A stretch of 64,000 bases of DNA, taken from contig JBLDXI010000025.1 in NCBI GenBank assembly GCA_047495785.1, forward strand, positions 806,001 through 870,000. The letters are read 5' to 3'. Of this stretch, positions 36,681 through 48,489 are shown one piece after another. Under the pieces are notes generated by a model, which did not search any database, was not told the DNA's origin, and worked only from the letters and a program-made list of their open reading frames with translations. Positions within the stretch are counted from its first letter, which is position 1. The number at the start of each line of letters is the position of its first letter. The position numbers and the translations under genes were made by a program. This DNA is from Lepidodermella squamata. Taxonomy: Eukaryota > Animalia > Gastrotricha.

Positions 36681-37142
36681 ATTTTTCAAAACTCAACAAA
36701 TCAAATATTATTGCAACCTATTTCTTCGGCACATGATTGCAGATAGAAAACAAGTATACTATTACTATCATCTAGGCTAATTTCCAGGCTAGTAATGAAA
36801 ATGTGAACATACGATAGCCGAGCCGAAGTCACATATTTGCTACTCTTGATTTTTTATGTTCTATCCGTAAATCCGCTTTAACTGACTGCCTGCAAACGGC
36901 AAGGCAGAGAGCATACGAAATCGTGTCATACGATAAGCTGAACGTTGCATTCCCATTTCATGCTATTCCAATTTATGAATTCTGAACTGCGGCTTCCATT
37001 TATTAACCAAATAATGATACAACCTAAAAATTTGGTAGAATTTCTCAAATTTCAAACTTTCACGAGTTTTCAGAAGAGTTAGGATGAAAAATGATGCATT
37101 TATTATTGATTTCGAAGACGAAAAATAAACACATGCGATGGC

Positions 37143-39752
37143 TCAAGTAGCGCCAGCAAGTGACAGCATTTGCCGAACAATTTCTTCAGGTAAACCATGG
37201 CCGTAAGTAAAAATAATCGGTGTGCGGTCGAAGCGGTCTTTCTCATTTAGCCATTGATTAGCTTCCGGCCGTGTTAGCAAATATCGAAGCACTTCCAACT
37301 TTTTATCAAGAGCAGCGCAATACATGATGTTACAACGATTCTGCCCTGGCATGTGGCAGTCAGCTCCCCTGTCTAACAGAAGCTCAACATGCGCAACATT
37401 ATTGGCTGCCAGAGCAAGAAACAAAGAAGAATGCCTGCCGTCTTTAGTTACTTCATTCACAGAGAACTGTTCTGGAAAGCTGTCCAGTAGATGGGCTATA
37501 CATGACGTATTATCCGATTTGCAAGAAGAGGCAAAGTGAAGAACATTCTTCCCCTCAGAGCATAACGCATTGAGACCATCTGGGTGCTTGGAAATCGCCA
37601 ACTTCAACATTTCAACATTGGAAGAAGACATGGCATATCGAATTAAATTTCGATTCTTCGAGTCAACTTTAGTCGCATCCGCCCTAGCCTCTGTCAATTT
37701 ATTCACTATTTCGATATCACCGGTTTGGGCGGCGAGAAGCAACGGGGTAATGCCTTCGTGATCAGCGAGGTCGAACTCAACATTCGGCACCTCGAGTAGA
37801 TACATCACGACTTGCCGATGCTTGATAGCCTTGTGCAACGCAGTTCCGCCACTCTTGTCTTGACGATTGAATGCACAAGAATCGATTTCGTTCAAAAACT
37901 TAAGTAGATCCAGATGTCCGTTCGCAGCCGCTTTGTGAACGGCCATTTCGCCTAGTTCATTTTCCGGTTTCAAGTCAGCGCCCTTTTCAATCAAGTATTT
38001 CGCGACATCCAACTTGCCCATCTCGCACGCAAACATCAGAGCTGTGCATCCGTTACGAGCCGCCGCGTTGATCTGAACTTTGTAAGTCTCGACCAACAAC
38101 TTGACACTTTCTATCGAACCCTTGAAAGCAGCATTGTGTATTGGCCTACGACCCGTATTGCTCTCTATTTCACAGATTTTTCGAGCCGATGCGACCATCA
38201 CCCTCACAATTCTGGGGTTGCCAGCTCCGATGTAACACGCAGTTTCGCCGGAATCATCAACTGCCATTCGATCCGAACCAAATTCAAGGAGCCGTTTGAC
38301 GGGAATCGAAGATCCCCAGGCAGCAGCCTGCATTAGCAATGTACGGTTCTTATCAGTAGGATCGCGGTGATCGAGCAAAATTCGTCGGCATTTGGCAGGA
38401 ACGTTATTAATCAACTGCATCAACCGCTCAAATTTGCCTGATTTCGACGCTAGATGAAATGCTTGAAAGTGAAGATCCTGAAAAATAATTGACCATAGTC
38501 CATATAGAAACGGAACCGTACATGAGAAGAGCGACTTTACTTGTATATTAGATCGGAGTCGTCTTAAAATTTGCTAACCTTTGAATCAACCGAGCCCAAG
38601 GCGTTTTTAGCCAGTTCTATTGAACACTTGCTAGTAAGTGAAGATTTCAAATTCTCCAGTAAACTAGAGTCCCAACGTAGTGAGGCACTGGACCTGCGTA
38701 CAAGCGTTGGCCCCTGAACTTCGATACTCTGAAACAAGAGAATAGCATTTTTGATAAACGCGATAGTCAAGTCAACCTTTGCTATTTGTCCGGCTATTTT
38801 TTCGTGTGAAGTTACAAACAGTTCACGCGTATCGTCAAGTGACGATGCATTTTTAACCTCGTTCACAAGATTCTCTAATTCAGACCGATGTCTAGCTAAG
38901 GTTTCGCTGCCAAACTCCGCGGTTAATTCATCCAATTGCTTCAGACGGGCTGCTTCAAGTGATTCCATCAAATTTCCGCGATGATCCGCAACCATTGCTT
39001 TGAAATTCTCAACCAACGATTCGCAAGAAGTCTCGATTTCAGCTTTGATTTGGGCTGTTTCCTCTTCAATTTTCTCAATGGCTAGCTTCATTTTCTCATC
39101 GCAAGCTGCCACAGTTTCGTCCCATTGCATATCAATCTGAGATGAAGAAGGAATTTCTACAATGAATCAGCGTTAAAAACAGGATTATTACATTGGAAAA
39201 ACCGATAATGGACTCGACCTTGAGCCTTTCCATGTGAACAACTAAACATATACCACAGAAAGATTTCTCACAGTGCTTGCATTTTTCCAGTTTCGACCCA
39301 GTAACATGAGGACATCTTTCGCCAATTTTCACTTTGTTTTGGTCCAACGCCTCATTTCCTTCCTCAAGTACCTCGACCGCTCGTTTTACAGCAAAGTTGG
39401 TCTTCAAGCCTAGTGAAAACGGTGTTTTTTCGGGTATTTTTTAATATAAAATTTCAACAAACCATCGATGCCAGCTGCCGGCAAATACTGCTGGGTGCGA
39501 CATTCCGGACAGTTGAAGTAGCGCCCATTCACTCTTCTACTCGTAATTTCTTCGACACAATCCCGGCAAAACGAGTGGCCGCAAACAGGTAGAATTTTAG
39601 GATTTTCGAGCAATTCAAAGCAAACCGTACAGCTCAACGCCTAGAAATCAGAACTTCATATCGAGCTCTTGATTTGGAAATCAACTCACCGATGAAATAG
39701 ATTGACTTTCGTGAGACTTATTGGACGCCATCTTTCCCGCATTTGACGCCAT
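37143..39752 (-). CDS. RBCC-ANK gene F
   Basis: RING CTVC...CGHSFCRDC...CPEC, CPH...CKHC...CGIC...H, a long coiled-coil and an ankyrin exon at 37143-~38477. Confidence 0.85.
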
Positions 39753-39863
39753 AGGCGAAATTATCGAAATGTTAAGCTCTAAATTAAAAAACGCACGGCC
39801 CATTTAAAAACAAAGATCGATGGCATTTATTTCGTAAAATTGAGTAACAAAAAAACAATAATT

Positions 39864-42800
39864 TCACATGGCGATGCGAGAGTTACGAACTCGGTTAGCA
39901 AGATCATTTGGGATGTCCTTATGAAGCAGTTCCGCAGGAGTTTTCCCAGCCTTGTTTCGAGCCAGCAAGAGTTCGCCAGCTTCGGGGCGGCTCAGCAGAT
40001 AACGAAGCACCTCTTTTCTTTTCGGTTCCGAAACAGCAAAATGAAGAACATTATTGCCATCTGAATCCCTCAATTGCAGACAAGCTCCCCTTTTCACCAG
40101 AAATTCAACGTTGGGCAGAATTCCATCTGTCGTAGCAAACAACAGTGGAGTCGTAAGACTGGTTTTGCTTGGCTGGTCAATGGAAAACAGGCGGTTTTCT
40201 ATCAAGTAAGCCAAACAGCTCGTTCCAAACAGTGAACAAGCAGCGCGATGAATGCATTGATTCCCCAAATAGTCACACGATTCAAGGTCTTCCGGGTACT
40301 TGTCAATGGCGAATTTCAACATGTCAACATTGCCAGATTGCGCAGCGTAGCTGACAAAACCAGTGAATCGAATAGATTTTGCCTTGAGATTAGCACCTTT
40401 CTCCATCAGAAACTTCGCGATTTCGAGACGACCATGCTTTGCAGCCTTCAGCAACGGCGTAAAATTCGCATCTCCAGTCTGTTCAAGTAGGTCAGGGAAG
40501 GTCTCCAAAATCCACCGAACCACATCCAACTGACCTTTTTCGACCGCAGCAAGTAGGGGAGGGTCACCCAGACGGTTCTTACTAAGGATGGCATCGACGT
40601 GCAACTCCGAGATCCATCTAACAATATCGACGTGTCCATTGATAGCAGCTTTATGAAAGTACATACAGCCGGACCAGCTTGACGAATAAATATCAGCCAG
40701 ATCCTGTTCTTTGATGTACTTTACAATTTTCAAGTGGCCGTTCTCACAGGCGTGACTCAAAGCACCGTCACAGCAGCCAGTTCCATCTGCGGCGTTGTAC
40801 TTTTCGATGAGTATACGAAATAGATCGAAATAGCCTTTCTGAGCTGCTATATCTAGCATGGTATCGCCATCTTCTTCTGTCATTTCGGCGACTAATTTCG
40901 GCTCGATGTCGACGAGGTATTGAGCTAGTTCGGAATTTTCTACAGCCAAATGGCCGACAGTTACGCCGTCTCGGGATTTAGAGAGAAGGTCAACGTCATA
41001 ATCAGCCATGAATGTGCGCACAGCTTCTAACGATCCGGAAGCCACTACTTGATGGAATAAAGTCCTGTCTTCGTTCGACGAATCTCGATGCTCCAAAAGC
41101 AGGGGTATGAGGCCCCTTGGAACTCTTTTCATTGAATCGAAAAGAAGATCAAAATCGCCAGTCTTCGCCAAACAATGAAACTGCTCAAATCCGAAGTCCT
41201 GAGGATTCCATGAGAATTAGTTGAAGTAAAATCGTCATGGCAGCGAGATAATGTGATATGAGCCCTATTTTTCGAAAACGACTTTTTGACTACTATGTAC
41301 TAATAACCAAAAAATGAGTATTTTACGGCGGCTCAGCCTGAGAATCTGAAATTCGATCGAAAACTTTTAGTGATTTTAAAAATTGCTGAAATTTTTTTGT
41401 TTTGACTTTCGACAATTCTGCTATCCCCCATTGCCGTCCAAGTCGCAATTTTCAATCTAACTTCCCGCCTGCCACAAGACCAGCTACATAATCCATACCC
41501 TTGAATGATTCACCGTGAATATACCGGAGATGAGTTTTCCTAAACTCGAATACGAACCAGCCGTCGAAATTGGCATCGGTTGCAGTTAAGTGCCCATTTT
41601 CAACTCAATACTGCTAGCTAATGAAAGAGAAAAGAGACATAAGTTAGTTCCGTCATCATAGCCTTAGTCCTAGATAGTCCTGTGATGAATAATACTTAAA
41701 AAGTAAAAAAACAACTCAACACCTGCTGCGTGTGACAACAAGAAATTTAAATTGTAATACCAGCATTATACTTTAATCGATCAGTCACGCACTTCGATCA
41801 CGTATTTCTTGGTATTTTTAGCAGCAAAATGCCGCGGCATGGAGTTGTTTTTCTCCCGAAAAACTGAGCGGACTCAATAAATACCACCGCTAACCCGCCG
41901 AATTTCATTACTAACATTTTCATTTTATCAACTTCATTCTCATTCACAATTGAAATGGCTGGATCCTTGCTCCCTGCATTGGCGGTTTTCATGGCGATCC
42001 TTTCTGTCATCGCGGCGCAAAACCCTAGTAAGTTTTCTAGTACCGGCGGATGCTGGCTATTGCCCTCTAATGTGAAATCGAATCAATTTTTTACTTACAG
42101 CTGGCTACAAGTCTAATGGAAAAGCTTGCTACGATGATGCAGGCAAATACGGCAACGCTATTGGTGGCGTGCGGCCCAAGATTCAAAGCGCTAATGCGTG
42201 CGCAGACATTTGCAACGCGACCAAATTCTGTCGCGCTATTTCGTTCACGTCCAGAGACCATACCTGTGTCTTGTTCAAGAGCTGCGCCAGCAAGTTCAAC
42301 CTCTTAGATGGACAAGCGGCTTTTGTCAAGATCTGATTTGTTGCGGAGCAGTATCCGTGAAGAGAGCAGAGAATCCGGATGCATAAGTAGCCATGATTTA
42401 GCAAGAAACAGAGTTAACATATTGTATCGTTTGATTGATCTTGGAGGCTTTGGAATGGGAAAATAAGGAAATAAAAGCCTTTCAAGTAATAACACTACAT
42501 TTTCGTTCAAACTTCGGAATTTTGATACAGAATTTCAATCTACGGAATGCGTATCAGAGAATTTTTCATTTCAACTCGTTTAGCATGTGATGAAATTCGC
42601 GCTAGTAACTGATTTTACCAATTGTGGACAACTTTTTGTTGTTTATCCGGAACTTCAAATTTTGGTTCAGCACAAATTATAACGCTGCCATGGCAAAATA
42701 CATGACTTACTTTCGAGGCTGAAACATCGTTTGATTCACCGGTTTTACACTCAATGCAGCTGGTTTTGTTGAGAAGCTCAGAAAACCGATTGGCCACAGT

Positions 42801-43942
42801 TTCATCCCACGTCAATGTGACCGCCGGCTCGAAATTATCTGCAAAGCTTCTAACTTCATTGACCTGGTGAGTTTGGAGTTTTTTTATGAAAGATTCACAA
42901 GTTGTCCACAAAAAAGCTTGGGATTTTCATGCCTCCGATATTAATTAGAAATTTGAAAATATCTCAAACGCACCTTCGAGTAGAAGGAAGCCGTTTTATC
43001 GAGCAGCTCAAACAGCTGGTTTTCCCTGTTGTTCAGAAGCGATGAGTCCATCACTTTCTCCCCGAGAGCCTCAATGTCCTTCACATATTCAACAATTTTT
43101 TCCGTGAAAAATACGGAATTCAGCCTTGAGGACGCGGTTCGCTCGAAATCATCAACTGCTTTCAACAAGTTTTCGCGGTGTTCAATAATAACAGCAGAAA
43201 TCGCCTCAAGGAGAGAATTACTCGACTGATGAATAGCTTGCCTGGCACTGGCAACTTCATCTTGCAACTTTGTGCGACAATTTTCCATATTTTTCACGGC
43301 AATTAAGGCACAGGAATCGCAATTGTCAAGCATCTAAAAAAAGTTGGATATAATTTTTGTCATGTTTACGACTTCTATATTTACGCTATGCATTCCGAAT
43401 CTGGCGTGCAGTTTCAGGAGTTCGAGGTGTAAAACATAGCAGGCGGAGCAAAACTTGACATTGCAATGCTGACATGTTTTAATTTCGGACTTTTTCAAAT
43501 TCCTGACGTGTTGGCAGTTTTCGCCGAGTTTCGGGATTGCCTCCCCATTGTCTGCATGAGACTTCAAAACCTCGACAGCTCTTTTCACCGAATAATTCGT
43601 TTTCAATGCTGATTTCATGAAAAATAAAGATAAAAATTACCATATCTGTGATAAGAAAAATGTAAAATACCTTTGAATCCTTCAGCAGGCAAAACTTGGT
43701 CAGCTCGGCATTCAGGGCAAATCAGGGGGTTCGAATTTGATACTCGTTTATACATTTCTTTTAGGCAGTGTGAGCAAATTGAATGGCCACATTGAGGCAG
43801 AATCTTTTGCTCAGGTTCAGCGGCTAAACAAACAGGGCAGCTCAAGGCCTGCAAAAAGTTCAAAAAGTCTCGACTTCTCTTCCCCAAACATTCAATTTAC
43901 CAAGTAAAATGGCCCGTGTTCCGATTCCTCTCCGGTTGCCAT
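39864..43942 (-). CDS. RBCC-ANK gene G, with a 1.5-kb intron (42710-41199) hosting PAN6
   Basis: ATG 43942; RING, B-box and coiled-coil exons; donor AAA|gtaagt at 42710 and acceptor cag|GACTTC at 41199 join in frame to the ankyrin exon. Confidence 0.85.
41955..42336 (+). CDS. PAN6: secreted PAN/apple protein nested antisense in the gene G intron
   Basis: Spliced mature region TGYKSNGKACYDDAGKYGNAIGGVRPKIQSANACADICNATKFCRAISFTSRDHTCVLFKSCASKFNLLDGQAAFVKI. Confidence 0.85.
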
Positions 43943-44464
43943 ATCGACAAAAGTTTCAATTGAAAAAGTAACCTACGAGACGTATTAAATTGGCTGAAAA
44001 TGAAGCGATTAGGAATGCACACAGTTACTTCAGAACTCAATTCTCTTTCAATCACCTTAAAACTACACAGATTTCAAACATTTAATTTCGCCAGACCATT
44101 TTTATGTTAATAAGCATCCACGAAGCAGCTCCTACATTTTAAATAATGTCACGTTGAGCTTCGATGTTGAACAGATCAAACAGATCAAATGACAACAAAT
44201 AGGTTGGAGCATTGAGGGCAGCGACCTGTAAAACAAAGTAAAACTATAAAAACGATTTAGAATTGAGGTACCCCAACTTTGAAAACTAATTTACAACGCT
44301 AAACTCGAGCTGCAGATTTCATAGATTGTTATAACAGGTCTAGCAACAATTTCCGTTCAACTATCAAACAGTCCTGATTTATGAATTTACGAAATTAAGG
44401 TTAGTAGTTAGTTAAAAATCTGATCTTATTCCGGTATCGATTTGTCACATTTTACACCAAACTA

Positions 44465-44870
44465 CTTTAAGCATGCTCTTCGACCGCGACGGGCAGCTTG
44501 AGAAATTGCGCCAGGCATAATTTCTGTACTTCTTTCGGCGCAACTTGTAAGATTAAATCAACAACAGCGTTATGGCCGGCTTCGATCGATTAATGAATTC
44601 ACAATTCCCACTTCAGTCGCTTTAATCAGCAGAGTTGTGTCATAGTCGTTGAGGTCGCGATGTTCTGCGTTTAGGCGGTATTTTGGATTTGATGGCGAAT
44701 TCGATGGATTCCGTATTTGAATCGAGTTCAATTCTAGTTCGAACTCGGTCTCTTGACAATAGGTTCAGTACATTCGATCCACGCATTCCCATTAATGACA
44801 TTCGACTTACTCTATGCGGATGTCCCATTGCGAAGCGAACGGCATTGCTTGATGTCTACGGCATTATTTG
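44465..44870 (-). pseudogene. Decayed ankyrin relic related to gene H
   Basis: SIEAGHNAVVDLILQVAP...QAARRGR matches gene H AIKAGKNAVVDAILQAAP...QAVRHGR. Confidence 0.55.
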
Positions 44871-45263
44871 ATATGTGACTATGATGACTAATTAACTAAG
44901 CCTATATTTGGACGCCTCCGATAGGGTGGTTCGCCCCAGACAAGGTGGATCAGCCGAGTGCAAAAAAAATCGAATTGAATTACGTGCAAATTACGTGACT
45001 AAGGTATTATGCGTAAAGGTAGGATTAGAATAAGACGAAGGTAAAGGGTAAGGAGAGAGAAATGCCTATGAAGAAAAAGAACCCGGCGAATTTAAAATCA
45101 GCATCCCCCGATTTCCAACTAGCCTAGAAGGGTTTAATTATTTGGAAGAGACGAAAGTCGCACTCATTGAAAAATATGAATTTTATGGAAAAGCAGGATC
45201 TTCAAACGTGGGGGTAGGCGATAAGCAGTATTCGCTAGCCTTCGCGACCTTGGGATGGAATTA

Positions 45264-45714
45264 CCTGTACTTGCACAAACGATTTTTCGCAAAAGACACC
45301 GCACAAAAAACTTGCACAAAAGACATTGCGCAAACACACTTGCACAAACATTTTTGCACAAACGCGATTTTTTTTAGCTAGTTCGATTCGTCTTTGAAAA
45401 TGACATATAGCGAATATATATTCATGTATTTACTTATAAAATATGAGGAAGTAGTTTGATTTGAAACGTGTGATTTGTTTCAAAACGCAGTGTATTTTTA
45501 TATATCGAACTTATGTTAAACTACTAATTCATTTTTTTTAAGGGATTATGCGACTATGTTATATTCGCTATATGTTATTTTCAAAGACGAATCGAACTAG
45601 CTAAAAAAAATCGCGTTTGTGCGAAAATTTTTGTGCAAGTGTGTTTGCGCAATGTCTTTTGTGCAAGTTTTTTGTGCGGTGTCTTTTGCGAAAAATCGTT
45701 TGTGCATGTACAGG
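45264..45714. mobile_element. Palindromic MITE-like element with ~155-bp inverted arms containing GCACAAA subrepeats
   Basis: CCTGTACTTGCACAAACG... pairs with ...CGTTTGTGCATGTACAGG; no clear TSD. Confidence 0.8.
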
Positions 45715-46161
45715 CATACATTTGGGTTGGTAGGGATAGCAGGGATCACCCCTACAAGTTCAATCGGTCTGCACGGTAAACTCAGTCAAAGACCAGGAGG
45801 GGGCATATGTCGATTTTCCTTACCAGTTCTGCTGTCCTACTTCGCTCTCTGATCTTTAGTCTTCCCTGACCTTCTTTTAGGGTTGTAAGGAAGGCGAAAG
45901 CAATGCAAACCAAAAATGAATTCATCGGCAGTACACACCCCGACCGTCCAAGAATAACTTGCTACTAATTAAACATTAAGATCGAAGCAGAAACCGCGGG
46001 GATAATGAAAAATACCGCTGAGAGTCAAAACTTCGTTGGATTAAATTTCAGCGTATACAGGTCATACTTTTGCTAATTAGACAGGAAATGTGAAGCCAGA
46101 CCCGGAGCCGCAAACGCACTTAAGAGAAAGAAGACTTCGAATTCAATGTTAAGCTATAGCG

Positions 46162-48489
46162 ATGATAACATTCATCCTATTGCTTTTGGCTGTGAGGGAA
46201 GCGACATCGGCCAAGCCATTCAAACTCAACATTTTAGAAATGTCACCTGGCCGATGGGCACCCATGTGCCGGGCCGCTACGCAAGTTGTCATTGAGGCGG
46301 TCAACAATAGATCGGATATCCTGCCCGATTACGAAGTCATATCTCACTGGCAGGAAGAGAAAGATCCATCCATCGGCTACTCGCCCCTTGCCAATTTCCT
46401 GGAATACACCCTCAAGTCACCAGTAAAAAATGGCACTCAAGCACCGTTTGTTATGACAGGAATATTTTCTGCCGGGGCTATACCGATCGGACGCGTATTG
46501 CATAACTTTGATACAGTTGGAATCTGCTCTGGATGCGGCTCTTCCCTCCTCGCAAATCACGTGGCCACTCCTAACATGTACACCGTGGTGTTGACGGGAG
46601 ACGTATCGGCACGCGCTTTCAACAAGTTTATCAAAGATATCGGACTTTGGTCTCGCTTTGGCATCCTTACATTGGCAACGAATCCTTACGACTTTTTAAC
46701 CGCTACACAGGCTTATCGATATGCGAGTGACTTCAACACGAGTGTTCCTTATTTCAACGCTGTTTTTGAGGTAAACGAGGAGGTGGTGGCAGAGTTGGTG
46801 GACTATGATCTTCGAATTATTTTCATTTCAATCAGCATAGCAGCATCAGGGTGGAATTTTCTATGCCTAACTTACGAGCAAGGAATGACGGGAGATCGCT
46901 ATGTTTTTATTATGGATGGATTCACTGCAACTCCTCCCGATTTTATATCCGATGATGACTCACTGAATCAAGGTTGCACGCAACAGATCATTGCAGAACA
47001 ATTCAAAAGCGTAATCTTTGCAAGTCCAATTTTCTCAATTTCCGATCGCAGCAGGAAGTCCGAATTGGGCTTTACCATTGATCAATTTGAAGAACTCATT
47101 ACGAAGAAGACAGGCTCGACTACGTACTACATGTCGTACATTTGTCACGATACCGCCATCATTGGGCTCTTTGGTCTTCATGAGACTGAAGAGATATTAA
47201 AGCGAGAGTACAACTTGTCCCTGCGAAATTTTGAAAGTCATCGGAAAGTCATCGGAAAGCTGATGAACGAATCAGTTTTGCACATCAACCGATCTGGGCT
47301 GAGAAGTCAGTTAGGGTTCAGTCGGGATGGGAATTTCGACCAAGATATGGTCACCTTCATGCGCTGGAACGGAAGTGAATTCGTGACAAATTACTACGCC
47401 GCAACAAGGAATGGTAAAGTGAACATCGTAAAAAATAAGCTTGACTGGGAGAAATGGTTCGGACCTAGACCACGAGATCGTGCATTTACATTGAGCGTAG
47501 TCGACAAAGCACCGGCTGGAATATCTATTTCTATCATTTCGTCGATTTTGGTTATTTCACTGTCAGAAATGTGGGCCATCAGTTGGGCAATCCATACAGC
47601 AAACGAAAGTGCGTTAGGTCCCGCCAAACATTTAAAAATTTTTGGAATCTCGTGTTGTCTTGGGTTTAACGTTTTTCCCATCATATCATTGTTCGAAACC
47701 ACCCTAATAGTCCAAGTGGCTCGAATCCTCATTTTTAGTGGCTTCATTTCTCTCATCAACGGCATAATATGTTTCAGGGCGATTCGATTATTCATAGCTG
47801 AGGTTGAGAAATTACGCTTGATCAGGCCTCCTAAGCTGAGAGGATTAAGACAAAACGTTTCGCGGCTGAAGTCACGCGATCAAATTCAAGGCATCAAAAA
47901 TCAGCTGAGAGACTTGGAGGACGGGTGTTTCAAGCCAGTGGCAATACAGAGTCTCGCATTTTGCGGATTTTGCCTGGCTATTACAATCATTTGGCTCATC
48001 TCTGATTCGTTCAAATGCGACTTCAGGACAGACGCTTTTCATCAGAGGTATGACCCAGTTTCTGACACACGCTACGATGTCCGTAGCTTCGAATGCGGAG
48101 TAGCTCATGGCGCTGAACTTGTACTAGTTTTCTTGGCTTTACAGTTCGCGCTGATCTTCGTCGCTGCGTTCCACGCATGCCGGTTGAAAACAGTGCTTAT
48201 TCGCTTCCGCGTACGAGCGACGTGCCGGGAGCATTACGCAATTGTGATCGCCCTAATCAACGCACCTACGCTCATGATCTGTACCGCCGTCGTTGGCTTC
48301 ACGACATCATCGCCCATCATACAGCACATTGTAGCAGCATACGGCGCGCTCGTTTTCTCAGCGTCTAACTTCGTGATTTGGGTGCTAAAGGATTTAATCA
48401 ATCGGGTGTCAATAAGAAGGCGTTCCGATGGAGGGAACCATCAAGTTGCTTTGATTTCTTTAAGGCAGCAGCTTCAGACACAGAGATGA
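46162..48489 (+). CDS. Class C GPCR with GABA-B-type architecture (Venus flytrap + 7TM, no Cys-rich domain), intronless
   Basis: Signal peptide; VNNRSDILPDY and W-x-x-FGIL periplasmic-binding-protein-like motifs; WFGPRPRD linker; seven hydrophobic segments; W...D and EC motifs after TM4. Confidence 0.85.
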   Translation: MITFILLLLAVREATSAKPFKLNILEMSPGRWAPMCRAATQVVIEAVNNRSDILPDYEVISHWQEEKDPSIGYSPLANFLEYTLKSPVKNGTQAPFVMTGIFSAGAIPIGRVLHNFDTVGICSGCGSSLLANHVATPNMYTVVLTGDVSARAFNKFIKDIGLWSRFGILTLATNPYDFLTATQAYRYASDFNTSVPYFNAVFEVNEEVVAELVDYDLRIIFISISIAASGWNFLCLTYEQGMTGDRYVFIMDGFTATPPDFISDDDSLNQGCTQQIIAEQFKSVIFASPIFSISDRSRKSELGFTIDQFEELITKKTGSTTYYMSYICHDTAIIGLFGLHETEEILKREYNLSLRNFESHRKVIGKLMNESVLHINRSGLRSQLGFSRDGNFDQDMVTFMRWNGSEFVTNYYAATRNGKVNIVKNKLDWEKWFGPRPRDRAFTLSVVDKAPAGISISIISSILVISLSEMWAISWAIHTANESALGPAKHLKIFGISCCLGFNVFPIISLFETTLIVQVARILIFSGFISLINGIICFRAIRLFIAEVEKLRLIRPPKLRGLRQNVSRLKSRDQIQGIKNQLRDLEDGCFKPVAIQSLAFCGFCLAITIIWLISDSFKCDFRTDAFHQRYDPVSDTRYDVRSFECGVAHGAELVLVFLALQFALIFVAAFHACRLKTVLIRFRVRATCREHYAIVIALINAPTLMICTAVVGFTTSSPIIQHIVAAYGALVFSASNFVIWVLKDLINRVSIRRRSDGGNHQVALISLRQQLQTQR

